Shown here: in pieces, positions 9,027 to 17,685 of the stretch | How the letters are laid out: each line of letters starts with the position of its first letter | Numbering within the stretch: the stretch's first letter is position 1 | Source of the DNA: Actinomycetales bacterium | Lineage (GTDB): Bacteria > Actinomycetota > Actinomycetes > S36-B12 | Assembly (NCBI GenBank): GCA_018970025.1 | Contig: JAGWXF010000010.1 | Location: 12,133-76,132 of the forward strand | Direction of reading: 5' to 3' | DNA length: 64,000 nt | Position numbers and translations under genes: made by a program | The notes under the pieces: generated by a model | What the model saw: the letters and a program-made list of their open reading frames with translations, nothing else | Databases searched by the model: none | Told to the model about the DNA's origin: nothing

Positions 9027-10186
9027 GCCCCCCAGCCAGCCTGGCTGCCGCCGATCCGCTCCGCCGCGATGCGCTCGGCATACCCGCTGGCGCGATAGGC
9101 GTCCATCGGTCGCGGGTCCAGGCCGCGCTCCACTCGCCACTCCTGCAGCAATGGGCGAACGTCGGTGTCGTAGGCGTCCATCAGGATCGCATTGGCTCCG
9201 AGGACGTCGCCGGCGGCCTGTGCTGCGGCCAGGGCCGGCTGGTCGACCAGGAGCGCCTTGGCCACGGCCTCCTGCACGTTGAGGATGGAGCGGATCTGGC
9301 CCGGGATCTTGGGCTCGATGTTGTGGCACTGGTCGAGGACGAACGCGACGTCCGCCTTCGGGTCGATGGCATCGGCCTTCACCACTTCATGCATGATCCG
9401 GAAGAGCTGGAACGGATCACTGGCCCCGACGATCAGGTCATCGTCTGCATAGAAGCGCGAGTTGAAGTCGAACGCGCCCAGCTTGCCCTCGCGCAGCAGG
9501 AAGGCGACGATGAACTCGATGTTGGTGCCCGGCGCATGGTGGCCGGTGTCGACGACGACCTTGGCCTTGGGCCCCAGCCGCAGGCAGTGCGCATAGCTGA
9601 CGCCCCAGTCGGGCACGTCGGTGGTGTAGAAGGCGGGCTCGAAGAACTTGTACTCCAGCACCATGCGCTGGTGATCACCGATCCGGTCGTAGACGATCGA
9701 CAGGGCCTCGGCCAGCCGATCCTGCCGGGCGCGGATATCGTCCTGGCCGGGGTAGTTGGTGCCGTCGGCGAACCAGAGCTTCAGGTCGCGCGAGCCGGTC
9801 TGGTCCATGATGTCGACGCATTCCAGCAGGTGGTCGATCGCCTTGCGCCGCACCCGAGGATCGGGTGCGCAGACGCTGCCGAGGACGTAGTCGTCGTCCT
9901 GGAAGGTATTGGAGTTGATCGTCCCGAGGGCGATTCCCTCATCGGCCGCATGCGCGGCCAGCTTGCCGTAGTCGTCGACCTTGTCCCACGGGATGTGCAG
10001 GGCGACCGACCCGACGCCGCCGGTGAGCCGGGCCACGACTGCAGCATCCGACACCTTCTCGAAGGGGTCGCGTGGCACGCCCGGCTGTGCGAACACCTTG
10101 AATCGGGTACCGGAGTTGCCGTACGCCCATGACGGGACCTCGATCGAGAGCAGGTCCAGTTGCCGCTTGGCAGATGCGTGGTCCAT
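9023..10186 (-). CDS. rhaI: L-rhamnose isomerase (xylose-isomerase-like TIM-barrel type)
   Basis: 387 aa. SWAYGNSGTRFKVF near the N-terminus is characteristic of the actinobacterial/Pseudomonas stutzeri type of L-rhamnose isomerase. Confidence 0.9.
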   Translation of the reverse strand: MDHASAKRQLDLLSIEVPSWAYGNSGTRFKVFAQPGVPRDPFEKVSDAAVVARLTGGVGSVALHIPWDKVDDYGKLAAHAADEGIALGTINSNTFQDDDYVLGSVCAPDPRVRRKAIDHLLECVDIMDQTGSRDLKLWFADGTNYPGQDDIRARQDRLAEALSIVYDRIGDHQRMVLEYKFFEPAFYTTDVPDWGVSYAHCLRLGPKAKVVVDTGHHAPGTNIEFIVAFLLREGKLGAFDFNSRFYADDDLIVGASDPFQLFRIMHEVVKADAIDPKADVAFVLDQCHNIEPKIPGQIRSILNVQEAVAKALLVDQPALAAAQAAGDVLGANAILMDAYDTDVRPLLQEWRVERGLDPRPMDAYRASGYAERIAAERIGGSQAGWGA

Positions 10187-10195
10187 GGGGTTCCT

Positions 10196-10516
10196 TCAGT
10201 CGAGGTGGAAGACTTCGCGGAGGGTCATGAACGCCTCGTCGGGGCGCCTGCCGTCCAGGGATTCGAAGAACGGAGCCATCTGCTCCTGCCAGCGGGCATT
10301 GACGTCCGTGGCCGCCATGCCGTCGAGTGCCGCCTGCAGGTCATCGGTCTCGAAATACCCGACGAGCAGGCCGTCGTCGCGCAGGAATAGCGAGTAGTTC
10401 GCCCAGCCGGTTCGGCTGAGGGCCTCCAGCATCTCCGGCCAGACGGCCGCATGCCGCTCGGCATACTCGTCGAGGCGATCGGCGCGAACCTTCAGCAGGA
10501 AGCACACGCGCTCCAC
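10196..10516 (-). CDS. rhaM: L-rhamnose mutarotase
   Basis: 106 aa. FLLKVRADRLDEYAERHAAVWPEMLEAL...NYSLF is the RhaM family signature. Confidence 0.9.
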   Translation of the reverse strand: MERVCFLLKVRADRLDEYAERHAAVWPEMLEALSRTGWANYSLFLRDDGLLVGYFETDDLQAALDGMAATDVNARWQEQMAPFFESLDGRRPDEAFMTLREVFHLD

Positions 10517-10590
10517 GGATCCCTCCCTCTCCGCTCACGTTTTCATGCGACGCGCACCACGCTCATACCGTGGCGCCGGATGCGCTCGGC

Positions 10591-10625
10591 GCTGGTGGTG
10601 GCGGACTGCACCCGCCACCACCAGC
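10591..10625 (-). terminator. intercistronic stem-loop between the SBP gene and rhaM (possible attenuator or mRNA stabiliser)
   Basis: Perfect 14-bp arms gctggtggtggcgg (10591-10604) and ccgccaccaccagc (10612-10625) with a 7-nt loop. No U-tract on the transcribed strand. Confidence 0.5.
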
Positions 10626-10653
10626 GATTTCCGACGCAAGGATCTCGCGGCTC

Positions 10654-11661
10654 CTAGTAGATAGCCGCGAACTTGGTGATGTTCGACTTGTCGAACGTCG
10701 CCGGGTCACCGAGGAAGATGACGCCGTTGGCGCCCTGGGTGTAGGTCTTGCTTCCCGCCTTGAACGACTTCGGCACCTTGTTGCCGCTCGATGCGCACTC
10801 CGCGGCCGCGTACGTGCCCACGTAGCCCAGGTCGATCGGGTTCCACAGGCCGAACTTGGTGACCTGGCCACCGAGGACGTAGTCCTTCATCTCCGAGGGC
10901 AGGCCCAGGCCGGTGATGGCGACCGTGCCGCCCTTGGACTTCTTCTCCTGGGCGGCGGCACGGATGCCGACCGTGGTCGGGGAGATGATGCCCGCGATGT
11001 CCGGGTGCTCGGTCAGGATCTGGTTGTACTGCTGTGCTGACTTGGTGGCGTCATCATCACCGTAGTAGACCCCGACCAGCTGGATGTTCGGGTACTTCTT
11101 GGGCAGGTAGGCCTTCATGAAGTCGATCCAGGCGTTCTGGTTGGCAGCGGTCGCGGCCGCGGACAGGATCGCGACCTTGCCCTTGCCACCGATCTCCTGG
11201 GCGATCCAGTCGACCTCGGCCTCGCCGATGCGCTGGGCAGATGCGGGCAGCACCGATGCCGCACGCGTCGTGGTGTCAGCGACGTCGGCGTCGGAGGTGA
11301 CGACGCAGATGCCTGCCGCCTTGGCCTTCTTCAGCGCCGGGGCGAGGGCATTCTGGTCAGCAGCCGACAGCACGATGGCGTTGTACTTCTGCTGGATCGC
11401 CTGGTTGATGAACTTCAGCTGAGCCGGGCCGGTGGCCTGGGTTGGGCCGATGTAGTCGCACTTGGCGGCCTTGAGCTCCTTGCAGGCCTTCTGCGCGCCG
11501 TCGTTCCAGCCCTTGAAGTAGCCGATGTTGACCGCCTTGGGGATCACGGCGATCTTCAGGCCTGACTTCGGCGCTGCCTGTGCTGCTGGCGCGGTGGCCA
11601 GCCCGGCGATGACGACCGCGCCAGCGGCGGCAGCCAACACCTTCTTGGTAAGTGAGGTCAT
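10654..11661 (-). CDS. rhamnose ABC transporter substrate-binding protein
   Basis: Signal peptide (VLAAAAGAVVIAGLATAPAAQA) followed by a periplasmic sugar-binding fold. Start overlaps the permease stop by 4 nt. Confidence 0.9.
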   Translation of the reverse strand: MTSLTKKVLAAAAGAVVIAGLATAPAAQAAPKSGLKIAVIPKAVNIGYFKGWNDGAQKACKELKAAKCDYIGPTQATGPAQLKFINQAIQQKYNAIVLSAADQNALAPALKKAKAAGICVVTSDADVADTTTRAASVLPASAQRIGEAEVDWIAQEIGGKGKVAILSAAATAANQNAWIDFMKAYLPKKYPNIQLVGVYYGDDDATKSAQQYNQILTEHPDIAGIISPTTVGIRAAAQEKKSKGGTVAITGLGLPSEMKDYVLGGQVTKFGLWNPIDLGYVGTYAAAECASSGNKVPKSFKAGSKTYTQGANGVIFLGDPATFDKSNITKFAAIY

Positions 11662-12725
11662 CCTCGGTGACTCCCTTGATCGTGCCCTGCACCAGCAGGG
11701 CTGTGTTCTGCGACGCCCTCGCCGGGAGGCGGCGGCGCCCCTTCCGTGCCCTTCGGCCGGAAAGTTCGTTGGGCGACCGACTCGCGCAGCGCGCCGAGCA
11801 GTCGCGGGATGGTGACGCTGAGCAGGAGCAGGACGCCGCTGACGATCACCAGGGCGTTGGCGTCCCAGCCGATCAGCTGCAGGTAGGACTGGCTGAAGCC
11901 CCAGATGAGCACGGCAGCGATGACCCCCCAGATGGTGCCGACACCGCCGGCGATCGCGACCCCGCCGAAGAGGACGGCGGCGATGACCAGGAGCTCGAAG
12001 CCGAGCGCGCCATCAGGCGAGGATGACGCGAATCGCACGGTGTACCCGATCCCGGCGATGCCGCACATCAGCCCAGTGAGGATGAACAGCCACAGCTTCA
12101 CCCGGAGCACCGGGATGCCCGAGAACTCGGCCGCCTCGTCCCCCTGGCCGATGGCGAACAGCCACCGCCCGAATCGCGTGCCATGCAGGACGTACCAGAA
12201 CACGATGCCCGCGACCACCATCGGTACCACGACCCAGGGCAGGAAGGTGCCGGCGATCGGCGTGTAGCCGAGGTCGGTGAACTCGGTCGGGAAGTCGGCG
12301 ATCGGGGTATCGCCGAGGGCCACATAGCACAGGCCTCGGTACAGGGCCAGGGTGCCGATCGTCACCGCGAGCGACGACAGTCCCAGCCGGGTCACCAGCA
12401 GTCCATTGAGCAGCCCGCAGGCTACGCCCGTCATGATGCCGGCGAGCACGGCTACCCAGATGGAGCCCGTTGCCTGCCAGGTGACCCCGCACAGGGCTGA
12501 CGCCAGGGTCAGGCTCGAGGCCACGGAGAGGTCGATCTCCTTGACGATGATGAGCAGCGCCATCGGGAAGGCGATGAGCATGATCTCCGATATGTCGCCC
12601 AGGATGAAGTTGACGTTGTCGCCGGTAGCGAAGTACTCGTTGTTCATCCCGCCGAACAGCACCAGCAGGATGAGCAGCAGGAGGATGCTCTTATCCCAGC
12701 TCAGGCGAAATGCTCCCCGGCTCAT
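11658..12725 (-). CDS. sugar (rhamnose) ABC transporter permease
   Basis: ORF 11658..13187 trimmed to ATG 12725 (MSRGAFRLSWDKSILLLLILLVLFGG), an ATGA overlap with the upstream permease stop. Multi-TM branched-sugar permease family. Confidence 0.9.
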   Translation of the reverse strand: MSRGAFRLSWDKSILLLLILLVLFGGMNNEYFATGDNVNFILGDISEIMLIAFPMALLIIVKEIDLSVASSLTLASALCGVTWQATGSIWVAVLAGIMTGVACGLLNGLLVTRLGLSSLAVTIGTLALYRGLCYVALGDTPIADFPTEFTDLGYTPIAGTFLPWVVVPMVVAGIVFWYVLHGTRFGRWLFAIGQGDEAAEFSGIPVLRVKLWLFILTGLMCGIAGIGYTVRFASSSPDGALGFELLVIAAVLFGGVAIAGGVGTIWGVIAAVLIWGFSQSYLQLIGWDANALVIVSGVLLLLSVTIPRLLGALRESVAQRTFRPKGTEGAPPPPGEGVAEHSPAGAGHDQGSHRG

Positions 12726-13714
12726 ACCGGCGCCTCCGCAAGTCGGTTGATGCGCTGCGTACTTCGCAGGGCGACGATCCGGTCGAAGGCGATCGCCAGG
12801 ACGAGCAGGGCACCGGCGACCGCCTGCTGCCAGAACTGCGACACGCCAAGGGCGCCAAGGGCGAAGGTGATGGCCTGCAGCAGGACGGCGCCGATGAGCG
12901 CACCCATCGCCGTGCCCACGCCTCCGGCGATCGCAACCCCGCCGATGACGCAGGCCGCGACGACATAGAGCTCGATGCCCAGCCCGGCCGTCGCGTCTGC
13001 GAAGCTGAAGCGGAAGAGCAGGAGCATGCCGGCCAGGCCGGCGATGATGCCGTTGAGCACGAAGGCCGCGAACTCGCGGTGGGCGACCGGGATGCCGACG
13101 CGGGCCGCTGCCGGCGGATTGGAGCCGATCGCATACAGATCCCGGCCCCATCGAGTCGAGGTCTGCACGATCGTCATCAGCACGCACAGGATGAGTGCGA
13201 TCACGAAGAGGTCGGGCACGCCGAGGATTGAGCCGGACCCGATCGCCGCGACCCAGCCGGGCAGTGCGTCCGCCGTCACCGTCACCCCGCCCGCGAGGTA
13301 GTTGAAGATCCCGCGGACGAGGTACAGGGTGCCGATCGTGACGACCAGGGAGGGCAGCTTGAGGTAGGCGACCAGCGCACCGTTCACGATCCCGACCGCA
13401 GCCCCCACCGCGACCGCGATCATCAGGGACTGCGGGACGGAGATACCCATGTTGTTCATCGACGTATTGCCGATGAGGAAGGACACCAGCCCTGCGGTCG
13501 AGCTCACGGACAGGTCGATATGCCGCATGATGATGAGGTTCGCCTGGCCTGCGGCCAGGAACGCGATCAGGGCGCTCTCGATGAGGATCGCCTTGAGCCC
13601 CTCCCCGCCGCGGAAGGCAGGGTTCAGGATCGCGGTGAGCAGCAGCAGCACGATGAGCGCCGAGAGCACCGGTACCTCACGCAGGCGGGCTACCCTGCTC
13701 AGCCCACCGCTCAT
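12722..13714 (-). CDS. sugar (rhamnose) ABC transporter permease
   Basis: 330 aa, multi-TM, paralogous to the adjacent permease. 4-nt overlap with the ATPase gene stop. Confidence 0.9.
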   Translation of the reverse strand: MSGGLSRVARLREVPVLSALIVLLLLTAILNPAFRGGEGLKAILIESALIAFLAAGQANLIIMRHIDLSVSSTAGLVSFLIGNTSMNNMGISVPQSLMIAVAVGAAVGIVNGALVAYLKLPSLVVTIGTLYLVRGIFNYLAGGVTVTADALPGWVAAIGSGSILGVPDLFVIALILCVLMTIVQTSTRWGRDLYAIGSNPPAAARVGIPVAHREFAAFVLNGIIAGLAGMLLLFRFSFADATAGLGIELYVVAACVIGGVAIAGGVGTAMGALIGAVLLQAITFALGALGVSQFWQQAVAGALLVLAIAFDRIVALRSTQRINRLAEAPV

Positions 13715-15201
13715 GCCGCAGCTCCCGCGGCCGCTGTCATCACGCGCTCCTGGGTGGCGTCAGCGCGGGAGATCTCATCGACTAGGCGCCCCTCGCGCAT
13801 CACCAGGATGCGGTCCGCCATGCCCAGGACCTCGGGCAGGTCTGAGGAGACCATCAGGACGGCCATGCCCGCCGCGGCCTGCTCCGAGAGCAGGCGATGC
13901 ACCTCGGCCTTGGTCCCGACGTCGATACCGCGGGTCGGCTCGTCGACGATCAGCAGCCTGGGGCTGGTCGCGAGCCACTTGGACAGGACGACCTTCTGCT
14001 GGTTGCCGCCGGACAGTCGCTCGACCGGGTCATCGATGCTGGCGTAGCGAAGGCGCAAGGTCGTGGCCCATTCCTCGGCGAGCCTGCGCTCGGCGCCGAT
14101 GCGGACGAGCCCGGCTCGGCGCAGTCGACGCAGCACGGTGAGGGCCGTGTTATGGGCTATGGAGGCGGGCATGAGCAGGCCCTGCAGGCGGCGATCCTCG
14201 GGAACCAGCGAGATGCCCGCGGCCATGGCCCGGGACGGCGTATGCCGAGAAAGCCGGGTACCGGCCATGGTGATCGTGCCGGACGTGATGGGGTCGATGC
14301 CGAAGATCGCTCGCACCACCTCAGAGCGACCCGAGCCCACGAGCCCGGCGAGTGCGACGATCTCCCCGCGCCGCACCTCGAACGAGATGTCATGGAACTC
14401 CCCGGTGCTTGACAGGCCCTCGACCGACAGGATCACCTCCCCGATCTGGGCCGGCACCTTCGGGAACATCTCGGTGATCTCGCGGCCGACCATCCAGCGG
14501 ACGATCTGCGCCGTGTCGACTTCGGCGATCGGGGCGGAGGCCACCGTGGCGCCATCGCGCATGACGGTGACCGAGTCGCAGACCTGGAAGACCTCCTCCA
14601 GCCGATGGCTGATGTAGATCACGCCACGGCCCTGATCTCGCAGGCGTCGAGCCACGCCGAGGAGCCGCTCGACCTCGGCATTGGTCAGGGCCGCGCTCGG
14701 CTCGTCCATGATGATCAGGCGCGCATCCAGGGACAGGGCCTTGACGATCTCGACCATCTGCTGGTCGGCGATGGACAAGCCCCGGGCGAGGCGGCCTGGA
14801 TCAAGGTCGATCCCGAGGTCGGCGAACAAGCTCGCGGTGCGCGCCCGCATCTGCGACCAGTCGACCCGGCCGCCCGACTTCGGCTGCCGACCGACGAAGA
14901 CGTTCTCCGCCAGCGTGAGATCCGGGAACAGGGACGGCTCCTGGTAGATGATGGCCACGCCCTGCTCGCGCGCCAGGCGCGGATTGCCCTGCCGGAAGGA
15001 GCGACCATCGAGCTCGATCACGCCGGCATCGAGTTGGTGCAGGCCGGCAAGAGTCTTGACCAGGGTTGACTTGCCAGCGCCGTTCTCGCCGAGCAGCCCG
15101 ACGACCTCGCCTTCGTGCACGACGAGCGAGGCCCGATCGAGTGCCTGGACCCCTCCGAATCGCTTCGAGGCGTCGCTGATGCGAAGCAGCGGCTGCGCCA
15201 C
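13711..15201 (-). CDS. sugar (rhamnose) ABC transporter ATP-binding protein, duplicated cassette
   Basis: Two Walker A sites (GENGAGKST, GLVGSGRSE) and an ABC signature LSGGNQQKV. GTG start at 15201 is preceded by GGGAGGG. Confidence 0.9.
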   Translation of the reverse strand: MAQPLLRISDASKRFGGVQALDRASLVVHEGEVVGLLGENGAGKSTLVKTLAGLHQLDAGVIELDGRSFRQGNPRLAREQGVAIIYQEPSLFPDLTLAENVFVGRQPKSGGRVDWSQMRARTASLFADLGIDLDPGRLARGLSIADQQMVEIVKALSLDARLIIMDEPSAALTNAEVERLLGVARRLRDQGRGVIYISHRLEEVFQVCDSVTVMRDGATVASAPIAEVDTAQIVRWMVGREITEMFPKVPAQIGEVILSVEGLSSTGEFHDISFEVRRGEIVALAGLVGSGRSEVVRAIFGIDPITSGTITMAGTRLSRHTPSRAMAAGISLVPEDRRLQGLLMPASIAHNTALTVLRRLRRAGLVRIGAERRLAEEWATTLRLRYASIDDPVERLSGGNQQKVVLSKWLATSPRLLIVDEPTRGIDVGTKAEVHRLLSEQAAAGMAVLMVSSDLPEVLGMADRILVMREGRLVDEISRADATQERVMTAAAGAAA

Positions 15202-15264
15202 GCAGGCCCTCCCTGTCCGTCACGGGTCGGTTCGCTCAGACTCCGCATTCCTGGGAACCTGATT

Positions 15265-15276
15265 TGAAACCTTTCA
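15265..15276. promoter_or_regulatory. candidate LacI-family operator A (TGAAA-CC-TTTCA)
   Basis: Palindromic 5+5 half-sites. Lies about +8 to +20 relative to the predicted transporter-operon promoter. Confidence 0.45.
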
Positions 15277-15290
15277 AGTCGGTCTATGGG

Positions 15291-15319
15291 AAACTAGTCA
15301 TGTCCGATCAACCTGTCAA
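15291..15319 (-). promoter_or_regulatory. predicted sigma-70-type promoter of the rhamnose operon
   Basis: On the minus strand, TTGACA (15319-15314), a 17-nt spacer, then TAGTTT (15296-15291). About 90 nt upstream of the ATPase GTG. Confidence 0.5.
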
Positions 15320-15350
15320 CCGTTCTGACTGAATTCACCCGCACGAGGTT

Positions 15351-15378
15351 TTGAGACGTTTCATTACTGGCCTACACT
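15351..15378 (+). promoter_or_regulatory. predicted promoter of the LacI gene, overlapping candidate operator B (TGAGA-CG-TTTCA, 15352-15363)
   Basis: TTGAGA (15351-15356), a 16-nt spacer, then TACACT (15373-15378). Operator B matches operator A in 11 of 12 positions of the TGAAA-NN-TTTCA pattern. Confidence 0.45.
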
Positions 15379-15444
15379 GCTGCACCTGCGGTGAGCCGAG
15401 CGCTCCGGCACGGGCGAGCGGGCAGGGCCGAGACGGGAGTCGTC

Positions 15445-16446
15445 GTGACTGCGAGCATGAAGGATGTCGCCGCCCTGGCAGCAGTCTCCATCGGCACGGT
15501 CTCGAACGTCCTCAACAACCCGCAGATGGTCTCCCCGAAGACCCGTGACCGCGTCGAGCAGGCCATTGCCCAGCTGGGCTTCATCCCCAATGCCCCGGCC
15601 CGCCAGCTGCGTGCGGGGCGCTCGAAGGTCATCGGCCTGGTCGTTCCCGATATCGCCAACCCATTCTTCACCGAGGTCGCACGCGGAGTCGAGGACGCCG
15701 CGATGGAGGCGGGCTTCGTCGTCATCCTGTGCAACTCAGACGAGCAGGCTGCCCGGGAGGACCGCTACCTGCGAGTCCTGGAATCCCAGCGCGTTGGCGC
15801 CATCCTCATCACGCCGGCCCGCAAGGGCATAAAGCCCCTGCAGCGGCTCATCGCCAACGGCACCGCCGTCGCCCTGCTCGATCACGAAGGCGGCACCCGC
15901 GATGCCTGCAGCGTCTCGGTCGACGACGCCCTGGGCGGCCAGCTGGCCGCCAGCCACCTCATCGGGCTGGGCCACCGATCGATCGCCTGGCTCGCCGGGC
16001 CACCCGATATCCCGCAGGTTGCCGACCGGCAGGCCGGGATCCTCCGCGCCACCGAGGAGCACTCGGTGCTGCTCGAGCGCATCGTGGCCGGCCAGATGAC
16101 CGCGTCGGCGGGCGATGCGGCCGTCGATGCCGCCCTCGCGCGCGGCATGACCCCGTCCGCAATGGTCTGCGCGAACGACCTGCTCGCCATCGGTGCCATG
16201 CGCGCCCTCATGCGAGCGGGCATGCGCATTCCCCAGGATGTCTCGATCGTGGGGTACGACGACATCGACTTCGCGGCCAGCGCCGCCGTTCCGCTGACAT
16301 CGGTGCGGCAGCCGAAGTACGAGCTGGGCTTCGCCGCAGCCCAGCTGGTGATCTCCGAGTTCGAGGACCGGCGCGCGCACGCCCACCAGCGGGTCCGATT
16401 CCAGCCGCAGATCGTCGTCCGGGAGTCGACCGGATCGGTCGCCTAG
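15445..16446 (+). CDS. LacI family transcriptional regulator (probable rhamnose-locus repressor)
   Basis: HTH MKDVAALAAVSIGTVSNVLNNP plus a sugar-binding domain. Start is GTG 15445 (GGGAG 5 nt upstream) or ATG 15457. Divergent from the transporter operon. Confidence 0.9.
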   Translation: MTASMKDVAALAAVSIGTVSNVLNNPQMVSPKTRDRVEQAIAQLGFIPNAPARQLRAGRSKVIGLVVPDIANPFFTEVARGVEDAAMEAGFVVILCNSDEQAAREDRYLRVLESQRVGAILITPARKGIKPLQRLIANGTAVALLDHEGGTRDACSVSVDDALGGQLAASHLIGLGHRSIAWLAGPPDIPQVADRQAGILRATEEHSVLLERIVAGQMTASAGDAAVDAALARGMTPSAMVCANDLLAIGAMRALMRAGMRIPQDVSIVGYDDIDFAASAAVPLTSVRQPKYELGFAAAQLVISEFEDRRAHAHQRVRFQPQIVVRESTGSVA

Positions 16447-16557
16447 GCCGTTCGGATTCCCTGCCGGGGCCGCGCCGGCCGAACCCGGCGGGCCGAGATG
16501 CGCCGGCGGGCCCGGATGCGGATTCTGGCGCGGCTGAGCCCTTGTAATGTTCCCGGC

Positions 16558-17661
16558 ATGCCAGGCACGGTCGTGATCCACGGCGAGCCGTCGATTGGCA
16601 TCTCCGGCGACAGTGTCGAGGCGTGGATCACCGTGCGCGGATCCCACATCGCGCCGGTCACCTTCCGTGCCGACGGCCGATCCTGGCAGCCGTACTCGCT
16701 GGCCCCCTGGCGGCCGGGCGAGCACCCGGGCAATGAGGATCTCCTCGAGGTCCTGCGCGGCGACTTCTGGTGCTTCCCGTTCGGCGCTCAGCCCGATGGC
16801 CCGGCGCATGGACTGACCTCGTGCGCGCCGTGGCAGGTCGAGGGGCTTACTTCGACGACGGCCCGCCTGGCCATGGATGCGTCCGATACCGGTGCCCACG
16901 TCGTGAAGACCGTCTCGGTTCGCGACGGCGATACGGCCCTCTACCAGCAGTGGGAGATCTCCGGGGCAAGCGGCCGCTTCCCCTACGGCACGCATCCGAT
17001 CCTGGACTTCTCTGCGCAGCCGGCCGGCTCGGTACGGCTGAGCAGCAGCCCGATCCGCTGGGCATCGGTGCTGCCGGAGGTCTATGCCGACCCCGCCATC
17101 GGCGAGCAGCAGGCACTGCTGCCGGGCGGGCAGTTCACGTCCCTTGGGTCAGTGCCGATGCTCGATGGCGGCCGGATGGACCTCAGCCGCTACCCGACCC
17201 CGCCGGGGCACGAGGACATCGTGATGCTGGTCAGCGACCCGGAGGCCGGCCCGATCGCCTGGTCCGCGGCGTCGGTCGCCGGCAGGGTGTGGCTCTCGCT
17301 GCGGTCGGTAGCCGACTTCCCGTCCACGGTGCTGTGGATCTCCAATGGCGGACGACCGCAGCCGCCGTGGAGCAGTCGCCACCTCGGGCGCATCGGCATC
17401 GAGGACGTCTGCTCGTACTTCCATGCCGGGCTCGTGCCCTCCCGGGAGGATCGCCTGGCACCGCTCGGCATCCCGACGACACGCGGCTTCTCGCCCGATA
17501 CGACCACCACCCTGCGCATCGTGCAGGCCGTCGCCTTCGCCCCCGAGGGCTTCGGCCGCGTCGCCTCGATCGAGATGGCAGAGCCCGGCAGCGTCACCCT
17601 GGTGGACGATGCCGGCGCGAGGGCGCGATGCGCCGTCGACTGGCAGTACGTCCTGCCCTGA
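16558..17661 (+). CDS. hypothetical protein (weak galactose-mutarotase/aldose-epimerase-like impression)
   Basis: ORF 16498..17661 trimmed to ATG 16558. Protein-like composition. I recognise no firm family. Segments GTHPILDF, LWISNGGR..PW and LGRIGIEDV are reminiscent of mutarotase-fold proteins. Confidence 0.6.
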   Translation: MPGTVVIHGEPSIGISGDSVEAWITVRGSHIAPVTFRADGRSWQPYSLAPWRPGEHPGNEDLLEVLRGDFWCFPFGAQPDGPAHGLTSCAPWQVEGLTSTTARLAMDASDTGAHVVKTVSVRDGDTALYQQWEISGASGRFPYGTHPILDFSAQPAGSVRLSSSPIRWASVLPEVYADPAIGEQQALLPGGQFTSLGSVPMLDGGRMDLSRYPTPPGHEDIVMLVSDPEAGPIAWSAASVAGRVWLSLRSVADFPSTVLWISNGGRPQPPWSSRHLGRIGIEDVCSYFHAGLVPSREDRLAPLGIPTTRGFSPDTTTTLRIVQAVAFAPEGFGRVASIEMAEPGSVTLVDDAGARARCAVDWQYVLP

Positions 17662-17685
17662 TGGGATCCCCCGGTCGACCCGCCG

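Noticed and set aside
6987-9329. N-terminal extensions of maximal ORFs. Examples include 110..2143, 5564..7228, 6987..9329, 11658..13187, 32716..34536, 40452..41135, 42698..45106 and 54428..55537.
   Set aside because: The extended parts overlap the upstream gene, are Arg/Pro-rich nonsense, and are followed by a family-typical N-terminus. That N-terminus starts at an internal ATG or GTG placed at, or overlapping, the upstream stop codon. I trimmed the genes accordingly.
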